Of a stretch of 64,000 bases of DNA, positions 51,900 to 64,000 are shown one piece after another. Made by a program: the position numbers and the translations under genes. How positions within the stretch are numbered: the first letter of the stretch is position 1; every line of letters starts with the position of its first letter. The notes beneath the pieces are model-generated. The model searched no databases. It saw only the letters and a list, made by a program, of their open reading frames with translations, and was not told the DNA's origin. Source of the stretch: Mobula hypostoma (Eukaryota); NCBI RefSeq assembly GCF_963921235.1, contig NC_086097.1:141734001-141798000 (forward strand). The letters run 5' to 3'.

Positions 51900-52426
51900 A
51901 AAGAAGACATGACAGCTGCTATATTTCATTAGGAGTTTTAAGAGAATTGGTATGTCAGAGGACACTTGCAAATTACTGTATATCTAGCATGGAGAGTATT
52001 ATAAATGATTGCATCACCGTCTGGAATGGAGGGGCCACTGCACAGGATTGGATAAAGCTGCAGAAAATTGCCAGCTCCATCATGAGCCCTGGCCTCCCAG
52101 CATCCAGGACACCTTCAAAAGCTGATGACTCAAAAAAGTGGCATCCATCATTAAGGACCCCATTCACCAAGGACATGCCCTCTTCTCATTGCTGCCACGA
52201 AGACACACTCATTGTTTCAGGAACAACTTCCCCTCTGCCATCAGATTTCTGAATGGACAATGAACCCATTTACATTACCTCATTTTTTCCCCCTCTTTTT
52301 GTGCTACTTTATTTTTTATATATACTTTTTATTGTAATTTATAATTTTTATTACTAGCTGTTGAAATGTACTGCTACAAAACAACAAATTTCCTGATATG
52401 TCAATGATACTAAATCTGATTCTGAA
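51900..52426 (+). mobile_element. Decayed Rex1 3' fragment
   Basis: ESIINDCITVW motif; ends taaatctgattctga. Confidence 0.7.
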
Positions 52427-52899
52427 TTAGGACTCTGAAGGAACCCTGTACTGGGTATCAGAATGAACGAATGAAGGCAAAATAGTTTCTTATGGCTGTT
52501 TGTACTAATATTGGCATAATTAGTCTATAGATTAATGGTGTTGAGAATAATCATAAACTGCAGCGTGCTGTTGACTGGATGGTAATATTGTCAGGGGAAA
52601 GGCAGTCAGAATTCTGATAAGTGTGAGGTGAGGACTTTGGGAGGACTAATAAAGATATGACAATGAGCCGTAAGGTATTAAAGTATTGAGGTACAAAGGT
52701 GCTTTGGTTTACATCACTTAAGGAATATTTAGATCAGCATTTGATTGGTCAACATAGACTGAGTATGCCAAATGGCCTGTTTCTGTGCTGCATGGGTCTC
52801 TGTTTCTCGACCACATTGGTGATGTATGTTTTTGTCAACAATAGCATCCTTTGTCAACCAATAACACCATAAAAATGTGTAACATGGTGTTTGATATGC

Positions 52900-53190
52900 A
52901 TGCAACATACACAAGATGCTGGAGAAACTCAGCAGGCCAGGCAGCATCTAGGAAAAGGGTACAGTTGATGTTTTGGGCTGAAACTCTTCAGCAGGACTTG
53001 ACAAAAACAGCTGAGGAGTAGATTTAAAAGGTGCGGGGGAGGGGAGAGAAAAACACAAGGTGGTAGGTGAAACCTGAAGGGGAAGGGATGAAGTAAAGAG
53101 CTGGGAAGTAAGTTGGTGAAAGAGACAGAAGGCCATGGAAGAAAGAAAAGGGGGGAGGAGCACCAGAGGGAGGTGGTGGGTGGGCAAGGA
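52900..53190 (-). mobile_element. Penelope pseudo-LTR / 3' fragment
   Basis: Similar to the reverse complement of 59150-59450 (cagcaggccaggcagcatcta). Confidence 0.7.
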
Positions 53191-53199
53191 GATAGTGTG

Positions 53200-53407
53200 G
53201 TGTACTAACTGTTACATTACATGCACGCGACTGACACTAGTAGAAAGGTCCGGCAACAGTCTCTTGCCTCAATTAAGTGGCACGGTGTCCTAAATAAACA
53301 AAGGGAATCCTGGATATTTTCTCGTTGAGGTTTTGTTTTTTAAGAATTGTCCTAAATAAGCAGCTGCCCCAATTAACCAAAGGCCCAATTAAACAGAATA
53401 CACTATC
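53200..53407. mobile_element. Truncated Tigger/pogo-like MITE end
   Basis: Repeated (t/c)cc(c/t)aa(a/t)taa sub-terminal motifs ending ccaattaaacagaatacactat. Confidence 0.45.
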
Positions 53408-53419
53408 ATAAAATAAATT

Positions 53420-54630
53420 ATCAGGGTCCCAGGACCTAATTGCTATTGTACACCACTGGTCATCAGCTTCCAATCACAATAGTAAGCTTTTACTCTCACT
53501 CTCCCTTTCCTTATACTAAACCAATTTTTGATGCAGCTATCCAACCTACCTTTTATTCCTTGGATTCTAACCTTTTGGATCAGCCTTTTTATGGGACCTT
53601 TTCGTAGGCCTTTTTTGGAGACCACATCAAATGCATAACCCTCATCAGTATAGTTTCCTCTTCATAAAATTCAATTAAGTTAGTCAAATGGATTTCTCAC
53701 CAACAAAACTGCACTGACTATCCCTGTTCAGTCCTAATCTTTATCTGTTTTGATTAATTCTTTCCAATATTTTTCCAGTAACTTCACTATTGACGTCAAC
53801 CTAATTGGCCTATAATTACCTGTCTTTCTTCTGTCCTTACTGAATAAAGTTCAAGTTCAGGTTTATTATATTTCAACCATAATTAGATACACAGCTAAAT
53901 GAAACATCATTCCTCACGGTTCCACATTTGCTATTTTATGCTCATCTGGCATCTGTACCCAGTGAAGATTCGAGTATTTCAAACAGAGTCTTGGCTGACT
54001 TTTTCGTTGCCTTTATAGAATATTGGAATTTATCTTGTCAGGCCCTGGGGATTTATCAGCCTTTTATGGCTGCTGTGACTTCTAATACTTCCTCTGATTT
54101 TATATTTTTTTGTTCCAGACTTTCATTTTTCCCAACTGAAAGCTTCATATACTATATCTGAAGCAACTACAGATTCATTTAAAAACTTACTCATGTGCAT
54201 TGGTTCCATGTACAGATTGCTATTTAGTCCTCTAATGGGTCCCACTCTTTCCATTGCCATGTTCTTGCACTTTTCATTGTTTTACATGGCAGTGACATTT
54301 TGTTGGTCCCTTTCATCCTAGTTTCTTTGAGCACTCCTACACTCCTGAAATGCTTCTCTTGGTTTCAGTGCTCAATGCCTGTTATTGCTTCCTTTTTTCA
54401 TTTATCAACACCTCGCTATCCCTTGACATCCAAGGTTCCATGAACCTTGTGTGACCCTGAATGCTCTCACCATTTGATTTTTTTTTTAAGTGGTCCTGCT
54501 AATCTGCAAGTAGCTGCTCCATGTTTATGATTGCTGGGTCCTGTCTAATGTTATCGAAACCGGTCTTCCTGCAATTTAGACAATTGATTTCTGGACTATC
54601 TACATTCCTTCCCATAATGACTTGAAATTT
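53420..54630 (-). mobile_element. Highly decayed CR1
   Basis: LMTSGVQ and NYRPIRLTS-like remnants. Confidence 0.6.
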
Positions 54631-55634
54631 ACCAAGCTAATGGGGGTGGTGGTGGTGGTGGGGGGGGGGTGTGGTTGAGTAGTTGATAGCATTGTGGAGA
54701 GAATAAAATGCGATTAGTATAAATGGGTGCTTGATGTTTCCTGTGTATGGTTACCACAAAATGTGCAGTCATGTTTCTCTGGTATGGACTACCCTTTCAG
54801 AATGTATATTGTCTTTTGTTACTTATTAGAACTTACAATCTACATACATTATCCTGAATAACAGACTTCTGATATAGTTTTTATCACTCTGGCAGGTCAA
54901 CCGATCTAATTTCTCTATTTCCCCCCCTCCCCCCCCAATCAGTTTGATATATGATGATGTAACTTGTGTTTTCTAAAGAAACTTAAGAACTTAAAATAGG
55001 AGCAGGAGTAGGATATTTGGCCTTTCAAGCTTGTCCCATCATTTAATGTGATCATAGCTTATCTGAGGTTCTATCTTTTCACTATCAGTTCCCTATAACT
55101 ATGGATTTCCTGATTTTTGCAGAAATTTATCTACATCCTCTTTTTAAAAAAAAACAAAATCACTTCCACGATGGCGAGAACTTGGTAAAATTACACTTAC
55201 TCTATAATGTTCTTGCCAAATCCTTAAACTCTAGGAATTAAGCTTCCTGGCAGGGGGAATCATGTTTAATGCTGTCCTTTGGTTTGTCAGTTTTGGCCAG
55301 TGCTTGAACTTAAATAAGTTTTGACAGTTAAAGTAATAATGCTATTATTTCTATGTGTAATTACATGAATTGCTTTTTCTTAAGTGCTTGGATGGATCAT
55401 GTGGGTGTTAGTTCTTGAACAATGAGCTTTTTATGGTGGTGTTTTGGAGATTGAAGAGTTGGAGTAGGAAATCTGTTTCACAGAAGTTGTGAATTTGCTG
55501 AGAAAATTACATACTTAAAAAATTTTTTTTTATTGAATTTCATCAAACAAATGTATTTCAGATACTGTACATATATATCATATAATCACATTTGTCACAA
55601 ATCTCCACATAATATTTATCTGAGGTATACACTT

Positions 55635-57442
55635 GTAGTCAATGAAACATCGGTAGATGTCTTTTTGCACCTGGATGGTTCGTTCACAGATCATTCGTAG
55701 CATGAAAATTGCATTTCTAGTTCCAATGTTTTCCACAAAGCCGCATTGTTCTTTACTGATTTCTGGTTTTATACAGCGTCTTTCTCTCATCATGATTCCT
55801 CTGAGAATAATTTTTGCCACGTGGCTCATCAGGCTTATTGTACGATGTAACTCACATTCTGTTTGCTCCCTCTTTCTTTGGAAGTGTGATGAACACTGAT
55901 TTACTTAAATCATCAGGTATCTCCCCATGATCATAGATTTCATTTGCTTTTTCTGTTATTTTCTCTATTCCAAAATCTTCTAAGGCCAGTATCATTTCAA
56001 CATCGATGTTGCAAGACCAGTTGCTCTGTTATGTTTTGTTTTATTTACGGCTGCTTGAATTTCTGATTTTAGAATGCTAGGTCCTTCAAGATTCTTTATG
56101 TTCGGTTTTTCTCCTCTTTGGTCTTCAAAAAGTTCTTTTATATATTCTGTCCATCTGTTTAGGATTTCCTTTTTGTTCATAATTAAGCTGCCATCTTTTG
56201 CCTTGATGCATCCACTTGCTGAGCAAGGTAATTTCCCCGTTAGTTCTTTAATCTTATTGTGCATCAACTTTGTTCCAGGGTTATGGGTTTGTATCATTTC
56301 TATTTCTGAGCATTTCTCATTTAGCCATCTGTCTTTAGCTTCTCTGCATTTTCTTTTTATTGTCTTATCAAGTTGTTTGTATTCTTCATTTTCTCTTGTT
56401 GTCAGACAGCAAGATCTTCTGGAAATGCTTCAAGATCTTGACATAGATGGGAAAGATATACGTTTCTTAAGAAACTTGTACTGGGACCAGACAGCATCCA
56501 TCAGAATAGAAGGAGAAGTGAGTGAGTATGTGAATATCATGAGAGGAGTCAGGCAAGATTGTGTCTTTTCGCCAGACTTATTCAACCTGTATAGTGAAAA
56601 TATCTTGAGAAGTATCAAAGACATCAAAGAATTCACAATTGGAGGTCATAATATAAATAACATCAGATATACTGATGACATCGTACTAATAGCTGACTCG
56701 GAAACAAAACTTCAAGAACTACTCACTATAGTGGCAGCAGAAAGTAATCGCAGAGGCCTCTCAATCAACACCAAGAAGACATAACATGGTCATCTCCAGA
56801 ACGACAAACGTCCCACAATGTGTGATCAAGATCGGAAATACAAACATCAAACAAGTCAACAAATTCAAATATCTTGGCAGTCTAATAACAAGTGATGGCA
56901 GGTGCGACACAGATGTCAAATACAGAATAGCAATGGCGAAAGAAGCTTTCCAAAAATGAAGACCATGTTAACAGACAGAAAGATGAGCACGTACACTAAA
57001 AACAGAATACTGCGGTGCTACATTTATTCTATCCTGACTTATGGAAGTGAATGCTGGACCATTTCTCCAGCAATGGAAAAGAGACTAGAAGCAGCTGAAT
57101 TATGGTTCTACTGGAGAAAGTTAAAAATATCATGGACCACACACACATCAAATGAAGTTCTCAGAAGAGCCCAAGCAGTTTGATCACTCATACAACAATA
57201 AGAGAAAGACAACTCAGATTCCTAGGACACATCATGCGGGAAGATGAACTAGAAAAACTCATTCTCTCTGGAAAGATTGAGGGGAGCAAACCTAGAGGAA
57301 GACCCCGGCTTATGTACATCAAAAGCCTGGCCAGATGGCTACACATCGAGGAAATGGAAGTCATCCAAAAAATGAAGGGTAGATCTATATGGAAAACCAT
57401 GGTCACTGAAGTCTGCATCAGATATGGTACCTAGACAGACAG
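55635..57442 (+). mobile_element. RTE-clade LINE with an inverted 5' segment (55635-56400 minus; 56401-57442 plus)
   Basis: Minus part: LMSHVAKIILR...EQCGF..TRNAIF...CFIDY. Plus part: VRQQDLL...[18 protein letters not shown]...YTDD...YGSECWT. (AGAC)n tail; TSD atacactt(g/a)tag. Confidence 0.9.
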
Positions 57443-58313
57443 ATACACTTATAGAAAGGAGAAGAAAGGAAGAACAATCGAAAGAAGAAAACTATGTACA
57501 GAGTGGAGAGTGATTTTTTTTTTACAACATATTCATTGACTTGTGAGAATAAAATCAGGCCTATGAGATGTTATGTAGTTAATCCATTTTTTTTCCAGTA
57601 TGAATAAAATTGTTCCACCTGATGATTAACAGATGCTGTTATCTTCTCCAGTTTGTAAATGTCCATTGTAATTTCCATTCATACATTTAAAGTTGGGCTC
57701 TTTTGTGATAACCATTTCCTGGTAAGGGTCTTTTTACCAGCCACCAGCAGTACATTCATTAAATATTTATCTCTTTTCAACCATTCTTGAGGTATATACC
57801 CAAAATATATGGCCTTACTCTCTAAGGGTATTTCACATTTAAAGATGTCTTGTAGGGCATTATGTATCTCACTCCAATACTCTTTGATAACCGGGCATTC
57901 CCAGAAAATATGATGGTGGTTTGCATTTTGATTTCCACAATTTCTCCAGCAAACTGGGGGGTTACTATCATAATGGGATTTCTGAGAGGTTGTAATAAAA
58001 TATCTTACCAAGTTTTTCCACCCGAACTCCCTCCATTTCTGTGAACTGGTACACTTCCATTGATACCTCCATATTATTGTCCAGTCTTCCTCATATTATT
58101 AGCCCTCCTTCCTTCTCCCATTTTGTTTTAATGTATGAAGTTGAATGTGTTTTAAGATTTGACAAACCCTTATACACACTTGAAATTATTCTACTACTGT
58201 TGTCTGAATTATATGCTTTTCTAAATAGCTCTATCACACAGGTACTTACTTGCCTTTGTTACATTTTTAACCATCCTGTTAACATACAGTTGCATCTGTA
58301 AGTACCGGTAAAA

Positions 58314-59451
58314 GGAGGAAGAAGATGTCTTCCTTTTTTAAAGCAAGGGGCTTCCCTTCCTCCACCACAACTCTGCTCTCAAACGCATCTCCCCCATTTC
58401 ACGCACATCTGCTCTCACTCCATCCTCCGGCCACCCCACTAGGAAGAGGGTTCCCCTTGTCCTCACCTGCCACCCCACCAGCCTCCGGGTCCAACATATA
58501 ATTCTCTGTAACTTCCGCCACCTCCAACGGGATCCCACCACTAAATACATCTCCCCCCCCCGCGCTTTCCGCAGGGATCGCTCCCTACACGACTCCCTTG
58601 TCCATTCGTCCCCCCATCCCTCCCACCGATCTCCGTCCTGGCACTTATCCTTGTAAGCAGAACAAGTGCTACACATGCCCTTACACTTCCTCCCTCACTA
58701 CCATTCAGGGCCCCAGACAGCCCTTCCACGTGAGGCGACACTTCACCTGTGAGTTGGCTAGGGTGATATACTGCGGTCCGGTGCTCCCGATATGGCCTTC
58801 TATATATTGGTGAGACCCGGTGCAGACTGGGAGATCGTTTCGCTGAACATTTACGCTCTGTCCACCAGAGAAAGCAGAATCTCCCAGTAGCCACACATTT
58901 TAATTCCACATCCCATTCCCATTCTGATATGTCTATCTTCGGCCTCCTCCACTGTCAAGATGAAGCCACACTCAGGTTGGAGGAACAACATGTTATATTC
59001 CGTCTGGGTAGCCTCCAACCTGATGGCATGAACATTGACTTCTCAAACTTCCGCTAATGCCCCACCTCCCCCTTGTACCCCATCCGTTATTTATATACAC
59101 ACATTCTTTTTCTCGCTCTCCTTTTTCTCCCTCTGTCCCTCTCACTATACTCCTTGCCCATCCTCTGGGCTTCCTGCCTCCCCCTTTCTTTCACCCTAGG
59201 CCTCCCATCCCATGATCCTCTTATGTCCCTTTTGCCAATCAACTGTCCAGCTCTTGGCTCCATCCCTCCCCCTCCTGTCTTCTCCTATCATTTTGGATCT
59301 CCCCCTCCCCCTCCCCCTCCCACTTTCAAATCTCTTACTATCTCTTCTTTCAGTTAGTCCTGACGAAGGGTCTCGACCCGAAATGTCGACGGTACCTCTT
59401 CCTAGAGATGCTGCCTGGCCTGCTGCATTCACCAGCAACTTTTATGTGTAT
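58314..59451 (+). mobile_element. Penelope-like element 3' part: GIY-YIG endonuclease and pseudo-LTR
   Basis: CKQNKCYTCPY...VIYC...LYIGETRCRLGDRFAEHL...VATHFN...EEQHVIFRLGSLQPDGMNIDFSNFR* (stop 59055-59057); cctgacgaagggtctcgacccgaaatgtc motif. Confidence 0.92.
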
Positions 59452-60420
59452 TTCTTGTTTTTCTAATAAGTGTTTCTCTTTGAGCATTTCAAAACTGAAC
59501 AGTGTTCGTTCTTTCATTATATTGCAAATAGCTGTTATTCCTTTAGCTGTCCAGTCCTTAAATCTAGCATCCAGGAAAATTTCATTCTTAATCATCCTCA
59601 GAGAATGCGATCCATCTTTAGGAAGCTGGTAATCTAGTAAGATTGCCAGAGTTGGTAAAGGTGTTGATTTACATCACTTACAGAAAAGATTATCAGAAGC
59701 ATCAATGTAATAATTTCTTGAACCTTGTAAATCATCTCGGAGCATGATAATTTTATGGAATACGTTTTTGCTATGTTTTATCAAAGGAAATAATGTTATG
59801 TCTGTTGGAGATTCTAAACCACTTCCCAGCCATTTTTTAAAAACAATTGTTTTCTTTGCTATCAGGGCACCCTTGGCAAGGCCAGCGGTCATTGCTAATC
59901 CCTAATTATTGTTGAGATGCAAGTTGCCACCATGAACCAGTACAGTCTTCATGAAAATATTCCAGAAGTACTGATGTCCATGGTCAGCAACAATACTCAG
60001 GTAGGCTGTTGCGTTTAAACAATGCGAATTTGTATTAAGGGACCTAATGTATTCCAAGAAAGCATTCCCCACACCATTACACCACTACCACCACCCTGAA
60101 CCATTGACACAAGGCAGGATGGATCCATGAATTTATGTTGTTTATGCCAAATACTGGCTACCAACTGCACGTTGCAGAGAAATTGAGATTTATCAGACCA
60201 AGTGATGCTTTTCCAATCTTCAACTGTCCAGTTTTGGTGAGCCTGTGCCCACTTTAACCTCAGTTTCCTGTTCTTAGCTGACAGGAGTGGAACCCGGTGT
60301 GTTCTTGTGCTGTAGCCCATCCACTTCAAGGTTTGACCTGTTGAGCATTCAGAGATGCTCTTCTGTTGTGACACGTGGTTATTTGAGTTGCTCTTGCCTC
60401 CCTGTCAGCTGAACCAGTCC

Positions 60421-63230
60421 AAAGTTCTAAGTAAATTTATTATCGATGTACATATGTCACCATATACAACCCTGAGATTCATTTTCTTGCAGACATTCAC
60501 TGTAAGTACAAGAAATACAATAGAATCAATGAAGACATAGAATGGATTAACAGCCAATGTGCAAAGACAACTGCAAATACAAAAAGAAAGAAAAAAGATG
60601 ATAATAAATATCGAGAAAATGAGTTGAAGAGTCCTTGAAAGTAAGTGTATTGGTTGTGGGAACAGTTCAGTGATGGGGTGAGTGAAGTTATCACATTTGG
60701 TTCAATAGCCTATTGGTTGAAGGGTAATAAAGTTTCCTAAATCTAGCAGTTTGGGTGCTGAGGCTCCTTTACCTCTTTTCTGATGGCTGTAGCGAGGTGA
60801 AAGTGTGACCTGTATGCTGGATGATGGATACTGCTTTTCTGTGACAGTGCTACATGTGGATGTGCTCAGTGGTGTGTAGGGCTTTACCCTGATGTACTGG
60901 GCTGTACCCACTACTTTTAGTAGACTTTTCCATTCAAGGGCATTGGTGGTTCCATATCAGGCCATGATGCAACCAGTCGCCATACTCTCCACCACACATC
61001 TATAGAGGTTTGTTAAAGTTTTAGATGACATGCTGAATCTTCGCAAATTTCTAAGAATGTGGAGGCGCTGCTGTACTTCTTTGTAATGCATGGCACTTAT
61101 GTGTTGGATGCAGGATGGATCCTCTGAAATAATAACATGGAGGAATTTAAAGTTGCTGACCCTCTTCACCTCTAAACCCCTGATGAGGACTGGCTCATGG
61201 ACCTCTCGTTTCCTCCTCCTTTAGTTAATAATCAACACCTTGGTCTTGTTAAAATTGAATGAGAGGTTGTTGTTGTGGCACCACTCAGCCAGATTTTCAG
61301 TCTCCCTCTTGTATGTTGATTCGTCACCATCTTTGATTTGGCCAACGACAGTGGTGTCATCAGCAAATTTAAATGTGTTGGATCTGTGCTTAAAGCGAGT
61401 AAAGTGGGGGCTAAGCACACAGCCCTGTGGTGCACCTGTGCTGATGGAGATTGTAGAGAAGATGTTGCCAATCCAAACTGACTGGGGTCTGCATGTGAGG
61501 AAATCAAGGATTCAGTTGCACAGAGGTATTGATGCCCGGGTCCTGAAGCTTATTGATTAGTTTTGATGGGATGATAGTATTGAATGCCAAGCTGTGGTCA
61601 TAGGGAAGTAGAGCAACAAGACTAGCCCATCTAGTCTGTGCAAATCATTTAAACTGCCTACTCCCAATCAACCTGCACCGGGATCATAACCCACCATACC
61701 CCTAACATCCATGTATCTATCAGAACTTCTCTTAAATAGTGAAATCCAGTTTGCATGCAACACTTGTGCTGGCAGCACATTCCACATTCTCATGACCCTC
61801 TGAGTGTAGAAGTTTCTCCCCCATGTTCCCCTTAAACTTTTCACCTTTCACCCTTAATCCATGACCTCCAGTTGTAGTCCCACTCAATCACAGTGGAAAA
61901 AGAGTACTTGCATTTGCCTAATCTCTACTCATAATTTTGTATACCTCTATCAAATCTCCTCTCAGTCTTCTACATTCCAAGGAATAAAGTCCATACCTAT
62001 ATAATATTTCTTTAACAACTTGGGTCCTCCAGACCTGGCAACATCCTTGTAAATTTCTCTGCACTCTTTTAAACTTATTTACATCTTTCCTGTAGGTAGT
62101 TGACTAAAACTGCACACAATACTTCAAATTAGGCCTCACCAATGTCTTATACAACTTCAACATCACATCCCATCTCCTGTACTCAAAACTGTGATTTATG
62201 AGTGCCAATGTGTCAAAGCTTTAACAACCCTATCAGCCTATGAAGCCACTTTCAATGAATTATGGGCTTGTATTACCAGATCCCTTAGTTCTAAAGTACT
62301 CCTTAGTGCCCTACCGTACACTGTGTAAGACCTACTCTGGTTGGTCTTACTGAAGTGCAACTCCTCACACTTACCTGCATTAAATTTCATCTACCATCTT
62401 CAGCCCATTTTTCCAGCTGGTCCAGATCCCACTGCAAGCCCTGATAGCCTCCCTCGCAGTCCACTGCACCTCCAATCTTGGTGTCTTCCGCAGATTTGCT
62501 GATCCAGTTAACCACATTATCATGCAGATCGTTGATATAGATGACAAACAACAACAGACTCAGCATTGATCCCTGCGACACTTCACTAATCCCAGGCCTC
62601 CTGTCAGAGAGGCAACCATCTACTATCACTCTCTGGCTTCTCTCACAAAGCTAATGTCTAATCCAGTATATTACCTCATCTTAAAAGCTGAATGACTGAA
62701 CCTCTGGACCAGCTTTCCATGCAAGACCATGTCAAATACCTTGCTAAAGTCTGTGTAGGCAACATCCACGACCTTGTCCTCATCACCTTTCCTGGTAACT
62801 TCCTTGAAAAACTCTGTAAGAGTAGTTAGACATGACCTTTGAATAAAGAGCATCCTGATGTATGTAACTTCACTGTCCAGATCTTCTAGAGTTGAGTGAA
62901 GAGCCAATGTAATGGTCTCTGCTGTTGATCTTGTGACAGTAGGCAAATTGGAGAAGATCCCAGTCACTTCTCAAGCAGAAGATGATATGTTTCATAACCA
63001 ACCTCTCAAAGCACTTCATCACATAGCTTCTTAGGCACAGGTATAATTGAAGCCTGCTTGAAGCAGGTGGGTACCTCAGACTGCTGAAGTAAGAGGTTAA
63101 ATATATCGGTGAATACTCCAGCCAGTTGATCAGCGCAGATCTTTAGTAACTCGGCCAGGTACCTGTCTTTCTAATAGTTCACCCTCCTGAAGAATGCTCT
63201 TCCGTTGGCCTTGGAGACTGATCAGAGTCA
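60421..63230 (-). mobile_element. Rex1/Babar LINE (60421-61600 and 62840-63230)
   Basis: RSTAETITLALH..IRMLFI continues after the CR1 as [18 protein letters not shown] and EVQQRLHIL motifs. Confidence 0.85.
61600..62839 (-). mobile_element. CR1 3' portion nested in Rex1
   Basis: RSCLTTL, YTDFSKVFDMV and YINDL motifs; CR1-type 3' end similar to 31170-31645. Confidence 0.88.
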
Positions 63231-63759
63231 GAGACTGACCATTCTCTGACCTCTTTTAATAAGGCATTTTTACCCACAGAACTGCTCACCAGATAGTGCT
63301 TGTTTTTCACACCGTCCTCTGTAAATTCCAGAGGCTCTTGTGAGTGAAAACCCAAGGAGATCAGCTTCTGAGATGCTCAAACCATCCCCTCTGGCACCAA
63401 TAATCATTCCACAGTCGAAGTTACAAATATCACATTTCTTCCCCATTCTGATATTTGATCTAAACAACAATTGAACCTCTTGACCATGTCTGCGTGCTTT
63501 TATGCATTGAGTTGCTGCCACAGGATTGGCTGATTAGATATTTGCATTAATAAGCAGGTGTACTGGTGTACCTAATGAAGTTGCCACTAAATGTAATTCT
63601 GAAATGGTGTTCCAGTTGGAAGGGAATATGCAACTGGTAATGTTTCTCTGCACCCACTGCCCTTGACCTCCTTTACACTAATTGTCAATTATTTTGATAG
63701 GAAGACAGACAATTCCAAAGTAGTTGAGACACTGTAAAAAATGGTGTAATGAAAGGGAC

Positions 63760-64000
63760 AGTGCACTGTTAGTAGCTAGACAGTGTCTGTGTACAGAGGG
63801 ATCTTGGGGTCCAAGCTCCCTGAGAGTCCCTGCACAGGTTGATAGGGTAGTGAAAAAGGCATATGGCTTGCTTGCCTTTCTTAGTTGAGGCATTGAGTTC
63901 AAGATCCAGGAAGATAGGTTGCAGGTTGATTAAACTCTGGTTAGACTGTATCTGGAGTATTCCTGTCAGTTCTGAATGCCCCATTACAGAAAGAATGTGG
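63760..64000 (+). mobile_element. CR1 fragment running off the window edge
   Basis: QRDLGVQ, VDRVVKKAYG and LEYSCQF-like segments. Confidence 0.75.

Larger units (their letters stand above)
55520..59575 (-). mobile_element. L1/Tx1 3' portion (55520-55634, 57443-58313, 59452-59575) split by RTE and Penelope insertions
   Basis: CCHC motif CWRNCG...HIFWECP (ORF 57679-58011); poly-T at ~55523; sequence continuity across both inserts. Confidence 0.82.
60000..63597 (-). mobile_element. Tc1 transposon remnant (60000-60420 and 63235-63597) split by nested LINEs
   Basis: MGKKCD..FDCGMIIGAR..GLSISE (N-terminus) and RLKWAQAHQNWT..WSDKSQF...GGGSGVMVWG; decayed TIR gtacctaatgaagttgccactaaatgta. Confidence 0.85.

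Noticed and set aside
54642..54675. G-rich run with G-quadruplex potential
   Set aside because: Simple repeat among decayed repeats with no sign of function.
49000..64000. Next KANSL1 exon (expected W..DRA...RW.WLQA motif)
   Set aside because: Not found in the ORF track or by eye; probably beyond the window, though a short exon could have been missed.

Overview
Eukaryotic (vertebrate) genomic DNA. The repeat content points to a cartilaginous fish, probably a ray (inference). Much of the window is nested, decayed transposon sequence: CR1, Rex1/Babar, RTE, L1/Tx1, Penelope, Gypsy, a solo LTR, hAT and Tc1 elements, and SINEs. One real host coding exon is supported: a ~1.66 kb first coding exon of a KANSL1-family gene (47312-48969, +). 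It lies in a CpG-rich region with YY1/CRE/E-box motifs and ends at a GTAAGT donor; the next exon was not recognised in the window. The most notable observations are: (1) a Mag-like Gypsy element in which an apparently intron-less RBM25 RRM fragment sits in place of most of pol, between the protease and the 3' LTR end; (2) the KANSL1-like exon has an N-terminus unlike my recollection of KANSL1 or KANSL1L, so it may be a third paralogue; (3) an RTE LINE with a twin-priming-type 5' inversion; (4) composite hAT elements carrying cargo; (5) a small templated insertion with direct, inverted and tandem repeats. I cannot demonstrate a wholly new biological system from sequence alone. Family assignments come from recalled motifs, not database searches, and boundaries of decayed repeats are approximate.
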